From Prolixibacteraceae bacterium (lineage in GTDB: Bacteria; Bacteroidota; Bacteroidia; Bacteroidales; Prolixibacteraceae): a stretch of 47,353 nt of DNA. Numbering within the stretch: position 1 is the first letter of the stretch; each line of letters begins with the position of its first letter. The notes beneath the pieces were generated by a model. That model searched no databases. It had not been told where the DNA came from and saw only the letters and a program-made list of their open reading frames with translations. Positions 8,975-19,916 of this stretch are shown here, in pieces. The stretch covers positions 1 through 47,353 of the forward strand of contig JAJUGS010000001.1 in assembly GCA_029265875.1 (NCBI GenBank), read 5' to 3'. The translations under genes and the position numbers were made by a program.

Positions 8975-10513
8975 CTATTCAGATACAGGTTCTAAAATGA
9001 TACAATCGATACGCATTGTCCGGGTGTATTTACCCGTTTGTTCTTCCTGGGCCGATACAGCACTGCTGACTTCGAGTTTTACTGCAACCCGGTTGTATTT
9101 TTCGTCAACAACATTGGCAAACTCAAAATCAAACTGGTCAACAAACATTTTTGTGATCCCTTCAGGATTTGTAACATTATCAACAGGTGTAACGCGTTTA
9201 ATGAAGGTACTGCCATTTGCTCTTCTGATGTAGGTAAGCTGGAACTTTGCCTTTGTAGGTTTAGGATTAACCGCATCGACTATTTTTTCAGGTACAAAAA
9301 CACAATAAATGTTGTATTTTGCCGAAAGCGTATTCGGGATTGAAAACTCGACAGCCGGTTCGGTAGATGTAGGGTCGACCAGGATATAGTAATTGCCCGA
9401 TGCAGTAAACGCTGTCCCGTAGCTCGAACGGTTGAAAATGTTGCTACCTGTATTTGTCCTGCCAAAAGATTGTTCGGCTTCAACCCTGATTTTCTTAAAG
9501 AAGGAGGCAGTATCAGCAAATGGCATTTTATGGGTTACATAAGCAAGGCCGTTGCTAAGGGCTTCGTAGTCAAGTCCTTTAAATAGTTCTTCGGGATTGT
9601 GAAAAACGTTATCATAAGTTGATGTTACCGAGTCGGGTTTTTCAGGTTCGGCAATTCGTCCGCGGTACAACATGTCCTGGATAATAGTGAATCGTGTCAG
9701 GTCTCTCTGTCGTGCTGTGCTTCCTGCATCGTTCGGGAAATTGTAATAATCTTTTATTCTTGAGTAAGCCTCACCCCAGGCAATGTTATCGGGCATGATG
9801 GCAGTGTATGTGCTGTCTTCGTTATCAATAGCCCCCAACCTTTCCAAAACAGGGTTCCAGATAACAAAGGCACTGTCATAAATTGCCTGGCCATTTGCAT
9901 CGGCCCCGATTTCGACACTGTTTACGGGATCAAACACCTTCTTCGACTGACCGTAAATATATTCGCGCACCGAGTCTAAGCCATTGGTTGCACCCAGGTA
10001 TTCCCAAAGGTTATTAACATAAGGAGTGTACCCGTTAATAATATGTATCAACCCGTTTTTTGCAGGTTGGTTAGCCAAAGTAATGCTATTACCTCCGAAG
10101 GAATAGCCGGATTGTTCTTTTGAGAAATTGACATACTTACTGTTTATCATTCTGATGTATGTATTGTCAATTCCCGAAGTGGTGATCCGGCTGCGTGCGA
10201 TATGGTTTTGTATGGTTTTTTTAACCAGTTCGGTGTTGTTTAAATCCAGTCCGGTCAGTGCTTCGTTTTTTGGCACCCAAACAGTGTATGATTGTGATTC
10301 ATTCAGAATTTTGTCGTACCCTGATATTTCGAGCATTTTAGAAAAGGTGCTTAAATCGGGTTGTGCCTTAATGAGTTCAGTCACTGTTTTATCGGGCAGA
10401 TTATAAGAACCTGTGTCGTAGTGATCGTCCCATTCTTTTGTACAGGCTGTTGCCAGCAATAAAGTGATGATTGCTGAAAGAGAAACAATGCCTTTTAAAT
10501 GTTTATATCTCAT
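8975..10513 (-). CDS. Fasciclin (FAS1) domain lipoprotein, putative surface glycan-binding or accessory protein
   Basis: Lipobox ATAC after MRYKH (ATG at 10513); FAS1 motifs YTVWVPKNEA and NGLIHII. Confidence 0.85.
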   Translation of the reverse strand: MRYKHLKGIVSLSAIITLLLATACTKEWDDHYDTGSYNLPDKTVTELIKAQPDLSTFSKMLEISGYDKILNESQSYTVWVPKNEALTGLDLNNTELVKKTIQNHIARSRITTSGIDNTYIRMINSKYVNFSKEQSGYSFGGNSITLANQPAKNGLIHIINGYTPYVNNLWEYLGATNGLDSVREYIYGQSKKVFDPVNSVEIGADANGQAIYDSAFVIWNPVLERLGAIDNEDSTYTAIMPDNIAWGEAYSRIKDYYNFPNDAGSTARQRDLTRFTIIQDMLYRGRIAEPEKPDSVTSTYDNVFHNPEELFKGLDYEALSNGLAYVTHKMPFADTASFFKKIRVEAEQSFGRTNTGSNIFNRSSYGTAFTASGNYYILVDPTSTEPAVEFSIPNTLSAKYNIYCVFVPEKIVDAVNPKPTKAKFQLTYIRRANGSTFIKRVTPVDNVTNPEGITKMFVDQFDFEFANVVDEKYNRVAVKLEVSSAVSAQEEQTGKYTRTMRIDCIILEPVSE

Positions 10514-10532
10514 GGTCAATGTCGTTATTGTT

Positions 10533-12506
10533 TTAATAAATATCCTCGCGTTCCAATACTTCCAGCGGAACAAACTCAAGGTAGTCGAACATAAATTCGC
10601 CTGATTTTACAGCTTTCACTGAAAAAGTATGGGTACTATATTTATCAAATGTATAAATCCCTAATATCCGCCGGAGAACCTGATCTTCCATCCGGGCGCT
10701 GGGGCCCTGGTACCACCACTCTGCCACCACCGTATAACTTGCAGGGCCTTTCATATAGCCACGGTTACGCATCGCCTTGTCGTTTTCGAACCCTTCGGGG
10801 TCGCGCGGATCAGAGCCGGGGGTTTGGTAACCAATATTTGGATTGGAGGCAGACAAGCGCAAATCGAGCGGAATGCCAGTCGGAACCCCGTCCCAATATA
10901 ATTGCGCCACTCCGCGCAGAGCCGTAGGCTGATAACCAAACCGCACTTCGTATGTTCCAGGGGGAATATTGATGGTTGTTATCTCAAAATCGTACAAACC
11001 TGCCAGCCATAACTCGTCTCCCTGGTAATCATCAAACCGGTCATCGGCATTAAAATATCTGACCGAAGTTGAAGATGAAGCTTTAATACGGTCAACAAAA
11101 CCGTTTTGAATAATCCAGTGTTCTGAATATAGGCCACCCCCGATTCGTGAATTTCCGATACGGATGTTGTTGTTTACAAACTCGGGAAAGAAACTGGAAA
11201 CATCCATTCTCAGCCGTTTTGTCGTGAGCATTCGTTCCACATCGGCATTGTAAACAAGAATATTGTCAATTTCGTGATATACTCCATTTAGTGCGTCGTT
11301 GTCAAAATTGCTGGTTAACCGGATTGCTTTACCGGTTGATGGAATCATGTTAAAAATATTGTACTCGTTGGTTGTGCGCAGTGTGCGGACTTCTAACAGT
11401 GTGTTCGGGCAAAGGGTTTCAAGGTACTCGAACATATCCACCACTTTTATGGAATGAGTTTCACCGGTTGCCTCATAATTCATCCCGGTATTATCATATT
11501 TTTCAATAAAAAGCCTCATCGGTATCTTTTTATTGAGCAGGTGATAAGCCACAAAACGGTTCAGGCTGTTTTTACGGTTTGTAACATCGGTTATTGTTGC
11601 ATCTTCAGGGTACATTTTATCATAAACCTGTTTTGCATAAGCTTTCAGGTCGTTTAAGTTATTGATGCCATTTTTTGCATAGGTTTCATTGCTTTCCATT
11701 AATGCCGTGAAGCCATATTTTCTTTCCCGGGGGACTTTCACTTTTGCATAGTTGTAAATTTCATTGGCATTTTCCCTTGCAACATATTCAGGATTAGGTG
11801 TATAGCTCTCGTCTTTGATAAGGCTGATGCTCTGATCGAGGCCTGTTGCCAGCAGTGCTTCGTAAAAAAGTGAAAAATCCGGGTCGTTGGATATTGCTTC
11901 CACCAATGTATTATCCGACGGTGATACTACTTTGTCAATCACATGAATAACGCCATTGTGTGCCTCAACATCTTTTTCTATAATTTTCGAAGTCGTGTTA
12001 ATTGTATAAACTATGCCCGATACATCTGACGAAATACCAATATCAATGTATCTTCCGCTCATGGTTTGTTTATTTAAAAACCCTTCAACAAAATCCTCTG
12101 TCATTATTGTGAAGTCCTTAATGATATGATCATAAGCGATTTTCTTCAGTTCAGCGATTGAAAATTCCTTGTATGAATTTTTGCCTTTGCTTTTATAAAA
12201 CCCGATCATTGCTTCGTTGCTGGGAAGGAAACAGGTATAATCGCCATAGGCATTCAATAATCCCATCACTCCGGTCGTATCAAGAACATGTTTGAATTCG
12301 GAGTAATTTTCAGGACGGTTCTTTATATATTGTCCTACGGTTTCACCAGTGAACGTGTAAAAGTTGTCGCCAACATCATCACTGTTACACGATGGCATCA
12401 GGAAAATCAAAACCGTAAACAATATGGCTGCCAATCTTATTCGTTTGTGTTTGAAGTGTAATTTTTCAAACCTGCTTTTACCTGGTTTCGTCATATTATC
12501 TTTCAT
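10533..12506 (-). CDS. Fasciclin (FAS1) domain lipoprotein
   Basis: Lipobox MPSC; FAS1 motifs YTCFLPSNEA, NGVIHVIDKV and NGVYHEIDNIL. Start placed at ATG 12506, just after the susD stop. Confidence 0.85.
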   Translation of the reverse strand: MKDNMTKPGKSRFEKLHFKHKRIRLAAILFTVLIFLMPSCNSDDVGDNFYTFTGETVGQYIKNRPENYSEFKHVLDTTGVMGLLNAYGDYTCFLPSNEAMIGFYKSKGKNSYKEFSIAELKKIAYDHIIKDFTIMTEDFVEGFLNKQTMSGRYIDIGISSDVSGIVYTINTTSKIIEKDVEAHNGVIHVIDKVVSPSDNTLVEAISNDPDFSLFYEALLATGLDQSISLIKDESYTPNPEYVARENANEIYNYAKVKVPRERKYGFTALMESNETYAKNGINNLNDLKAYAKQVYDKMYPEDATITDVTNRKNSLNRFVAYHLLNKKIPMRLFIEKYDNTGMNYEATGETHSIKVVDMFEYLETLCPNTLLEVRTLRTTNEYNIFNMIPSTGKAIRLTSNFDNDALNGVYHEIDNILVYNADVERMLTTKRLRMDVSSFFPEFVNNNIRIGNSRIGGGLYSEHWIIQNGFVDRIKASSSTSVRYFNADDRFDDYQGDELWLAGLYDFEITTINIPPGTYEVRFGYQPTALRGVAQLYWDGVPTGIPLDLRLSASNPNIGYQTPGSDPRDPEGFENDKAMRNRGYMKGPASYTVVAEWWYQGPSARMEDQVLRRILGIYTFDKYSTHTFSVKAVKSGEFMFDYLEFVPLEVLEREDIY

Positions 12507-12519
12507 TTTCAAGCTTTTA

Positions 12520-14076
12520 CTATTTGTTTGCTCCTTCGCCGGTAACTTTATAAAATTCATTTTGCACGAGCGCCGAATTGGCCTTTAGTTCGTCAGTGTG
12601 TACCGGTAAATACAATGCATCCATTACCGACATTTTGGTTGACTGGTTTGAGCCACCACCCGTGAACTTCCGGGTAACATAGCTCAGCAACGGGGCAGGC
12701 GAATCAACCCGTCGTGCCAATCGCATCAGGTCGAACCAGCGTTTCCCTTCAAACATTAGCTCCCGTTGGCGTTCTCTCATGTATAGTTCGTCGAGTTTCA
12801 GTTTTGAAGTATAGTTGTCGGCTGATAAATCTTTTTCACCTTCCTCGATGTTAGATCTTTTATAAACCGTGTTAATAAGGTCAACGGCTTCTGCCGGATT
12901 GGCCTCCATCTGTATCAGGGCTTCCGCTTTCATCAGATATATTTCAGAGAGACGATAAACGATCCAGTTGGCTGTTACATTCCTGTAATAATAGGTACTG
13001 ACTTTAGTTGTGTGATTTTCCTGTCGGAGGGCACCGGCATATTTGAATACATAATACCGGTCGCCGCCTGTTTCCTGGCGCAGAAAATCTTTCTCGCGCA
13101 GGTCTTCGGTACTTTCTTTGCTGCTCCCTGCATTAAAGTTGAACGGGCTGAATTTTCCGGTTACAAATATTCCCGGGAAACTCCACTGTCCTGCTTCGTT
13201 GCCATAAGCGCCAAAATAATCGCGCACTACCCAGTTGAACATCAAATCATCATCGAATTGTAATTCAAAAATGCTCTCTTTTGAATTGCCCTGGTAAAAA
13301 ACCTTTGAAATTACATTTTCGCCCTTTTCAAGCTCCAGGGTTTTATCATTGAGGATTTGGTCACACATTTCAGAACATTTGCTGTATTCTTCGCGCCACA
13401 GGTAAATATCGGCCAGCAATGCCCTGACAGCATTTTTGGTAATCCTTCCTTTTGAGTAGGTATTGGTTTCATAATTGTCGCGTGCATATTTTAACGCAAT
13501 TTGTAAATCGGCTACCAGCTTGTCGAGAATAAAATTTTCGGGCGACTGTGGAATTTTGTAATCCTGGGCATCGTCAACACTGGGTTTATCAACCCAGGGT
13601 ACGTTTTCAAATGTGCGGACCAGGTAAAAATACATTAATGCACGCAGGGTAAGTACTTCGGCTTCCATCGAATGGAGTTTCGATTCTGTAAAGTTGGCAT
13701 CCAGTTCAACAACGCCCGGAGCGTAATGCAAAAAGTTGTTGCAATTGTTGATTACTGTGTAAAAAGCTCCCCAATGGCAATACCCGTTATCTGCCGAGAT
13801 ATCAACATTCAGCATTTTGTACATGTCGGTTGGCATGTTTCGTCCAAAAGTTACATTATCAGAACGGAGTTCGCCCCAAACCAGCATCCTGCTCATTACA
13901 TCGCCTTCGGTAATTGAGCGGTAGCAAGCGGCCAGCACCTGGTTTACCTGGCTTTCGTTTTGCCAGAAATCGTCAAGCACAATTTCACTCTCGGGTCTGA
14001 TATCAAGCCAGCCATTACAACCCGACATTACAACCAAAAGGCCTGATATTGTTAATATTGAAATTATTTTCCTCAT
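12520..14076 (-). CDS. susD: RagB/SusD family lipoprotein
   Basis: Lipobox MSGC; YTVINNCN, LRALMYFYLVRTF, RLSEIYLMKAEA and ERQRELMFEGKRWFDLMR motifs. Confidence 0.95.
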   Translation of the reverse strand: MRKIISILTISGLLVVMSGCNGWLDIRPESEIVLDDFWQNESQVNQVLAACYRSITEGDVMSRMLVWGELRSDNVTFGRNMPTDMYKMLNVDISADNGYCHWGAFYTVINNCNNFLHYAPGVVELDANFTESKLHSMEAEVLTLRALMYFYLVRTFENVPWVDKPSVDDAQDYKIPQSPENFILDKLVADLQIALKYARDNYETNTYSKGRITKNAVRALLADIYLWREEYSKCSEMCDQILNDKTLELEKGENVISKVFYQGNSKESIFELQFDDDLMFNWVVRDYFGAYGNEAGQWSFPGIFVTGKFSPFNFNAGSSKESTEDLREKDFLRQETGGDRYYVFKYAGALRQENHTTKVSTYYYRNVTANWIVYRLSEIYLMKAEALIQMEANPAEAVDLINTVYKRSNIEEGEKDLSADNYTSKLKLDELYMRERQRELMFEGKRWFDLMRLARRVDSPAPLLSYVTRKFTGGGSNQSTKMSVMDALYLPVHTDELKANSALVQNEFYKVTGEGANK

Positions 14077-14086
14077 GTTCGTTCAA

Positions 14087-17000
14087 TTAAAAAGTAACCG
14101 AAATCCCTAATGTGGCATCTTTTGACCGGGGGGTTGGAGAATTATCCGTACTTACGCCAAACGAGCCATAACCTACCTCCGGATCAACTCCGGTATATTT
14201 TGTCAACACAAAAAGGTTGTTTATAGTAAGATAAAAACTTACCTGTTGTAATTTATATCTTTCGAGTTTTGCTTTTGGTACCGAATAGTTGAAAGTCAGG
14301 TATTTCATGCGTAAAAACGAGCCGTCTTCAACGTAGCGGTCGCTGCCCAGCCAGTTGTATCCATAGTTATACAATGCGCGTGGCATATCGGTCACATCAC
14401 CGTCTTTTCTCCAGCGCCAGTTCACCGAAACACTTTGGTTGTTCAGGTAGTACATGTTTTCGGCATTCATACGTGCCATATTTACAATCTTGTTACCATA
14501 CCGGAAATTAAAAAACGCTGTTACAGAAAGGTTTTTGTAACGGATGGTGGAACCAAAACCACCGTTAATCTTGGGGTTTGAGTTGCCCAGGTAAACTATA
14601 TCGAGTTCATCGATTGATCCATCTTTGTTGATATCTTCATAAATAGCATCACCGCCTCTGAACTGGTAAGCATTGCTCCTGCCATATGCAAAATACATCG
14701 GGAGCGGATTCCCTTCCTCATCGGTAAATACATAACCATTTTCGTCCCTGGCCACTGGTGCATTTTCCTGAACCCCGGGTATATATTTGTTGTATTGATA
14801 AACACCTTTGTACCTGAAACCATAAATCGAACCATAGGAATTTCCTTCCTGGATGCGCGACAAATAGGTGCCGTTTGTATAGTCATAATCGGCATTGTAG
14901 TTGGCAAGTATGTCATCGCGCAATTCAACAATCGTATTCACATAATTCGAGAGGTTGAAGTTAAAATCAACTGAAAAGTCGTTTCTTTTGATGGCCTTTG
15001 AACTGTAGAAATTTAACTCCCACCCGTTATTGTCCATGGTCCCAACATTTTGGACAGGCACACTGTTGAATCCTGATGAACTCGGAATGCTCAGGTTGGA
15101 GAACAATAAATCTTCTGTCCTTTTATTGTAGAAGTTGACATCGAAAACCAATTTATCTTTAAAAAATCCAAGGTCGAAACCAAAGTTGAACGAGGTTGAT
15201 TTTTCCCATCTCAGGTCGGCCAAACGAAGCGTTGTCGGGCGGGTTGCCGGCATATCAATATAACTTCCGTAGGGCGAGTAGCGGCTGAAATGCAGGTATT
15301 CTTCGGTAGGCTGGTTCCCGGTGATTCCCCAGCTGGGCCGGATAGCCAGCATGCTCAACCAGTTTTTAGTGGATTGCATAAAATTTTCATCACTGATAAT
15401 CCATTTGGCCGAAATACCGGGGAAGTTTCCGTATTTATATTTTTCACCGAATTTTGTGCTTCCGTCCCGGCGGAAAGTAGCTCCGAAAATGTAGCGGTTT
15501 TTGTAGGTATAATGGCCCCTGAAAGTAAGTGCATTTGAACGGTATGCATACCGGCTTGATGAGATTCCGGTTGGATAACCAAAAGCCGAGGCGTCAACAA
15601 TATCGCCCGTGGGAAGATTGGTAACCGCCATTCCCTGCGAGGAGCTGTTTCCGGTAATGATCTGAAATGAGCCCTGCAACTGAAGAAAGTGCTCAGGATT
15701 GCCAAATTTGGGTTGCCAGTTGATACTGTTTTCTGCTAAAACAGTTGTACTTTCCGAATCGTAACTATCGGCTGCATTGATTGCATTGTCGTTCCAGGGG
15801 GCATTTGATACTTCGGCGGGAAGAAAGCGGCTTACTTTATCGTTATTAACATCAAACGAAACATCAAGGTTATACCTCAAAGTTTGAATTTCAGGGTCCA
15901 GCAGATCGTACTGTAGCCTGAAAATTGGCCTGATGCGGTAGTTTTTCAGGTTGTTGGTGGCCAATTTGGCCAGCGCCACCGGGTTACGCAAATCGCGCTG
16001 CGAACCATGAAGACTTGAAGAACGGGAGATGTTGTAATATACATCGGTATTATTTCCATTTAAATCCTGTTGATAAACGCTAACGTTTGGCATTTTGCGA
16101 TAGGCTATGCCCAGGATATTATCATAATTCCGGTCATTGTCGGTATAAAAAAGCGATAATTCAGAAATGAACTTTATACGGTCAGAAACTGAATAATCGA
16201 GGTAAGCAGTTGAAGTTATCCTGCTCATTTGCTGCCCGATAACAATACCCGTCTGGTTCAGAAATCCGCTTGATACGCGGTACCTTGCCTTTTCTCCACC
16301 ACCGGATACATTCAGGTAATGGTCATGTTTTAATCCAATCTGGGTTACTTCGTCCACCCAGTCGGTGTTATTGTTAAAATTCTCGTATTCCGAAAAGGTC
16401 TGGTCGTAAAGAAATTCCCGGACATTTGCCGCATTCTCGTCTTGCTGAGGATTAAAATAGGCTTGTTTGATCATCATTGTATAGTCGTCGCCATTCAGCA
16501 TGTTCAGCCCTTTGGGTTGTTTAGCTGCTGTAAACCTGTATGAATATTGAACACGGGTTGGCCCCTGAACGCCTTTTTTTGTTTTGATGACCAAAACACC
16601 ATTGGCTCCTTTTGATCCCCAAACGGCTGTGGATGCTGCATCTTTCAACACTGTAATTTCTTCAATATCATCGGGATTAATACTGAGCATATTTGCATAT
16701 TGTTCCTGGTTGGCGGCTGCAAAATCAAAGGAAGGGTCGATGTTTACTTCGTAGGGGATGCCATTTACAACAATCAATGGTTGTGTGTTGGCATTAATTG
16801 AAGAGGTTCCCCTGATCCTCATGGTTGCCCCGGAACCCAGGTCACCCGAGTTGGAAACAATATCCAAACCGGCAATTCGTCCCTGCATGGCTTCATCAAT
16901 CGAGGTAACCTGAATGCCTTCAAATTCTTTTGAACTGATGGTTTGAACTGCTGTGGTAATTTCCCGCTGAGGGACTTCAAAAGATCCGTCAGACACTTTC

Positions 17001-17374
17001 TTTTCGGCTGTGACTACGATGTCTTCAATCACCTTCAAATCTTCCTTCAGTGCAACATTGATAACAGTTTTATCCCCGATTTTCTGACCCTGCGTGATAA
17101 ACCCGACAAAACTGAAAGCAATGTTATTTTCCGGATTTTTAATTTTCAGGACATATTGCCCGTTTATATCGGTTACTGTTGCACTGATAATTCTTTTTTT
17201 ATCGTCAGCCTCAATAACTGTGGCTCCAACAAGGGTTTCTCCATCAGTGGCAGAGCTAACTGTTCCTCTGACCACCCGTTGAGTTTGGGGACTCTGCCCG
17301 GTTGATATAAACGGAACGAGTAAACAGAAAAACAGTATTGTTCCAACAATTTTAAATTTCATATCTGTTGTCAT
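14087..17374 (-). CDS. susC: SusC/RagA family TonB-dependent transporter
   Basis: INPDDIEEITVLKDAASTAVWGSKGANGVLVIKTKKG plug; RDGSTKFG; LRWEKS; DRYVEDGSFLRMK; terminal Phe. ATG at 17374 or 17362. Confidence 0.96.
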   Translation of the reverse strand: MTTDMKFKIVGTILFFCLLVPFISTGQSPQTQRVVRGTVSSATDGETLVGATVIEADDKKRIISATVTDINGQYVLKIKNPENNIAFSFVGFITQGQKIGDKTVINVALKEDLKVIEDIVVTAEKKVSDGSFEVPQREITTAVQTISSKEFEGIQVTSIDEAMQGRIAGLDIVSNSGDLGSGATMRIRGTSSINANTQPLIVVNGIPYEVNIDPSFDFAAANQEQYANMLSINPDDIEEITVLKDAASTAVWGSKGANGVLVIKTKKGVQGPTRVQYSYRFTAAKQPKGLNMLNGDDYTMMIKQAYFNPQQDENAANVREFLYDQTFSEYENFNNNTDWVDEVTQIGLKHDHYLNVSGGGEKARYRVSSGFLNQTGIVIGQQMSRITSTAYLDYSVSDRIKFISELSLFYTDNDRNYDNILGIAYRKMPNVSVYQQDLNGNNTDVYYNISRSSSLHGSQRDLRNPVALAKLATNNLKNYRIRPIFRLQYDLLDPEIQTLRYNLDVSFDVNNDKVSRFLPAEVSNAPWNDNAINAADSYDSESTTVLAENSINWQPKFGNPEHFLQLQGSFQIITGNSSSQGMAVTNLPTGDIVDASAFGYPTGISSSRYAYRSNALTFRGHYTYKNRYIFGATFRRDGSTKFGEKYKYGNFPGISAKWIISDENFMQSTKNWLSMLAIRPSWGITGNQPTEEYLHFSRYSPYGSYIDMPATRPTTLRLADLRWEKSTSFNFGFDLGFFKDKLVFDVNFYNKRTEDLLFSNLSIPSSSGFNSVPVQNVGTMDNNGWELNFYSSKAIKRNDFSVDFNFNLSNYVNTIVELRDDILANYNADYDYTNGTYLSRIQEGNSYGSIYGFRYKGVYQYNKYIPGVQENAPVARDENGYVFTDEEGNPLPMYFAYGRSNAYQFRGGDAIYEDINKDGSIDELDIVYLGNSNPKINGGFGSTIRYKNLSVTAFFNFRYGNKIVNMARMNAENMYYLNNQSVSVNWRWRKDGDVTDMPRALYNYGYNWLGSDRYVEDGSFLRMKYLTFNYSVPKAKLERYKLQQVSFYLTINNLFVLTKYTGVDPEVGYGSFGVSTDNSPTPRSKDATLGISVTF

Positions 17375-17375
17375 T

Positions 17376-19916
17376 TTATTCAAACCTCAAAATATTATCA
17401 ATCTGGTGGATTACGGCTGTGGAAGAAGTAACAATGGATGAGTTCGAGAAATCGGAACCTGCACCGGTACCATCTATTTCGCGGTAAGACTGTGGGCTGC
17501 TGCTGAAAATGTAATCGCGTGTAAGAATGTTGTATAGCCCGTTGGTTCTAATCAGGTTCGCTGATCCCCAGTTTTCAGTATCCAGCTTAATATTGTAACC
17601 ATCGCTGGTTATCCCCAGCCTGTAATATTTGTCTTTGTAGGTTTTGAATTGTGTTTCCTCATCATTGAGTTTGATGGTTGCGGTTTGATAAAGCCGGTGA
17701 AAGGCTTCCCCGTCAATGAATAACGAATTGTCCTGAAAATGATAGCGAAGGAAACGCTCAAGTTTTTCAATTTCCAGTGTTTTTTGCTGGTTGTCGGCAA
17801 TCGCGTTAATCTGTTCCCAATTTTTGATAACTCCTTCATCAATGGCCTTCAGGATCGCTTCGTTTGTGGGAACATACACAGTGTAGTTAAAAGTATTAAA
17901 GAACTTGATATTGAAATCGATGCCATAATAATTGGTCTTTTTCACAAATATTTCTTTTGAAGCAGGGAACCCGTTCAGTAATGCAAAGAATTCACTGAAT
18001 GCCGGATTTTCGCTCAGAACTTTATAAACCGACTGTAACGGGGTTTGAAGCGGTTTATCAATAAAATACGTTGTACCATTTTGCTGTCTGTATAGTCCGT
18101 TCGGCACTACATTGATTTTAGTCCCTGATTTTACATCGTAACCTGCCTGAATTTTCAGACCTGTTCCGGACCCTTCCACCAGTAAAATATTCCCGTTTTT
18201 GGTGAAATAATATTTTGCACCCGATTCTACATTGCCCACCACTACATGCGTATCGAGCAAATCGAGTAAACGTCGCCTGATAAAATCAGCATTGGTAATC
18301 GTGTTTACCGAATCGCCCACTGTTCCCGTAATTGGATCGAACCTGTAAACCGTTGCGTTTACAGTGGATGTTTTGGTATTGTACCAGTATTTCATCACGC
18401 CTTTAACATCTTTGGCATACGAAACCGGGTCGATGTAATTCGAGAAATACTTATCGGTTGGCACAAAGAAACTATAAGTACTTTTCAGGGCGTTCAGGTA
18501 CAAATCAAATTCGTTTTGCGAAACAGCCCAGTTAAATACTTTGGTTTCTTCGCTTAACAATACCGGTGCATAAACCGAAATATAATCATCGGGCGGATAT
18601 ACCTGGTTTGTATTGTAAACAATTCCGTTCAGCCCTACAAATGAGCTTACAATATCGTCGGGTTTAATTGGTATTGGCGAGTTGTTTCCATCCACGAGTT
18701 TTGCGAAACGGCCCGGTACTGTTTCAAGAAACGATTCACGAAGGTGTCTTTTCAAGAGTTTAATTATGATGTTATCGGGTGTGTTTTCCCAGCTGCCAAA
18801 ACGGTTTTTTAAAATAACGCCCGAGCCCGATTCGAAATATTTCGTCATTGCTTCATCGGTGGGTGCAAAAACGGCGGCCATGTCAGATTGCATGGAGCTG
18901 CCGGCTGCAGTTGAAACGTATGTATTTCTGCCCGGGTTGAACGGCAGTAAAAGTTCAGTCCTGATCTGGCTCCCGTTTGGATATCGTGTTTGTCCCTGGT
19001 AACTCGAAAAATAGATTTTTTCAAATATTGAATCGATCGGATTTCCCGGATGAATCTGGTTATAGGCGTTGGTTTGTGCAGAGCTGTAATAAGGAGCACA
19101 AAACCGGTCGAGCAAATCGGAAAATATGCGTGTATTGGGATTGGTTTTCACATATTCTGCAACATTTACAGGGGGTAAAAGCACTTTTTCCAACACGTGT
19201 ATATAACCATTTTTACAGGTTATATCCCTTTCTTTTACTTTTATATTAAAAATGTGTGCATCGTTTGCAGTTCGCGTAACGCCTGTAATGAGGGTAAAAT
19301 CATCATCACTGATTCCTGCACTTTTTAATGAACTCTCCAGGAAATGTACCATTGGCCACGAAGTGGCATCTTTTAACAGGTACAATCCCTTATTGCGGTA
19401 CCAGTCCCAGTTCGACGATTTAGGAAGTTTATCGCCCGATTCGAAAGGTACCGTGTCAATCACAGAAACCGAAGTTGACCGCCTCAACGCGGTGCCTTCC
19501 TGCAGCGTACCATTGTAATAATTTGATAATGTTTCGATGAGGTAGGCATTATCGATCATCGAAAACTTGATAATCAGCTTTTTCTGTGTAAGACTCAGGT
19601 CTTCATAACGTTTTACATTCCAGGGGTTATTCCTGAAAAATTCTTCGAAAGCAGCATCGTCGGCAACAAAAAGGGTTTTGCTACCGGTTTTTGACAACAC
19701 TTCTTTGAAATCTTCCACTTCTTCCACCAAACGCGTGTAATATTTGAAATTTTCCCCCGATTTCAGGTAATCGTAAATACTTTCCCCCAGCCATTCGGGC
19801 TCATTGTTATCGTATAAATATTCATCTTTGCATGAAACTGCCAACAATGTCACAATCAACAGAATTGCCTCTGCCAGAAGATATTTCCTAAACTGTTTCT
19901 GAACTGCTATTCTCAT
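17376..19916 (-). CDS. Large multi-fasciclin domain lipoprotein
   Basis: Lipobox AVSC; repeated FAS1-type motifs KTLFVADDAAF, NGYIHVLEKVL, VFAPTDEA, YSFFVPTD, YTVYVPTNEA and AVIHQIDNIL. Confidence 0.87.
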   Translation of the reverse strand: MRIAVQKQFRKYLLAEAILLIVTLLAVSCKDEYLYDNNEPEWLGESIYDYLKSGENFKYYTRLVEEVEDFKEVLSKTGSKTLFVADDAAFEEFFRNNPWNVKRYEDLSLTQKKLIIKFSMIDNAYLIETLSNYYNGTLQEGTALRRSTSVSVIDTVPFESGDKLPKSSNWDWYRNKGLYLLKDATSWPMVHFLESSLKSAGISDDDFTLITGVTRTANDAHIFNIKVKERDITCKNGYIHVLEKVLLPPVNVAEYVKTNPNTRIFSDLLDRFCAPYYSSAQTNAYNQIHPGNPIDSIFEKIYFSSYQGQTRYPNGSQIRTELLLPFNPGRNTYVSTAAGSSMQSDMAAVFAPTDEAMTKYFESGSGVILKNRFGSWENTPDNIIIKLLKRHLRESFLETVPGRFAKLVDGNNSPIPIKPDDIVSSFVGLNGIVYNTNQVYPPDDYISVYAPVLLSEETKVFNWAVSQNEFDLYLNALKSTYSFFVPTDKYFSNYIDPVSYAKDVKGVMKYWYNTKTSTVNATVYRFDPITGTVGDSVNTITNADFIRRRLLDLLDTHVVVGNVESGAKYYFTKNGNILLVEGSGTGLKIQAGYDVKSGTKINVVPNGLYRQQNGTTYFIDKPLQTPLQSVYKVLSENPAFSEFFALLNGFPASKEIFVKKTNYYGIDFNIKFFNTFNYTVYVPTNEAILKAIDEGVIKNWEQINAIADNQQKTLEIEKLERFLRYHFQDNSLFIDGEAFHRLYQTATIKLNDEETQFKTYKDKYYRLGITSDGYNIKLDTENWGSANLIRTNGLYNILTRDYIFSSSPQSYREIDGTGAGSDFSNSSIVTSSTAVIHQIDNILRFE

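Noticed and set aside
10513-10579. Apparent 40-50-bp gene overlaps at 10533-10579 and 12520-12560
   Set aside because: They are artefacts of longest-ORF start calling; downstream ATGs (10513 and 12506) followed by lipoprotein signal peptides remove them.
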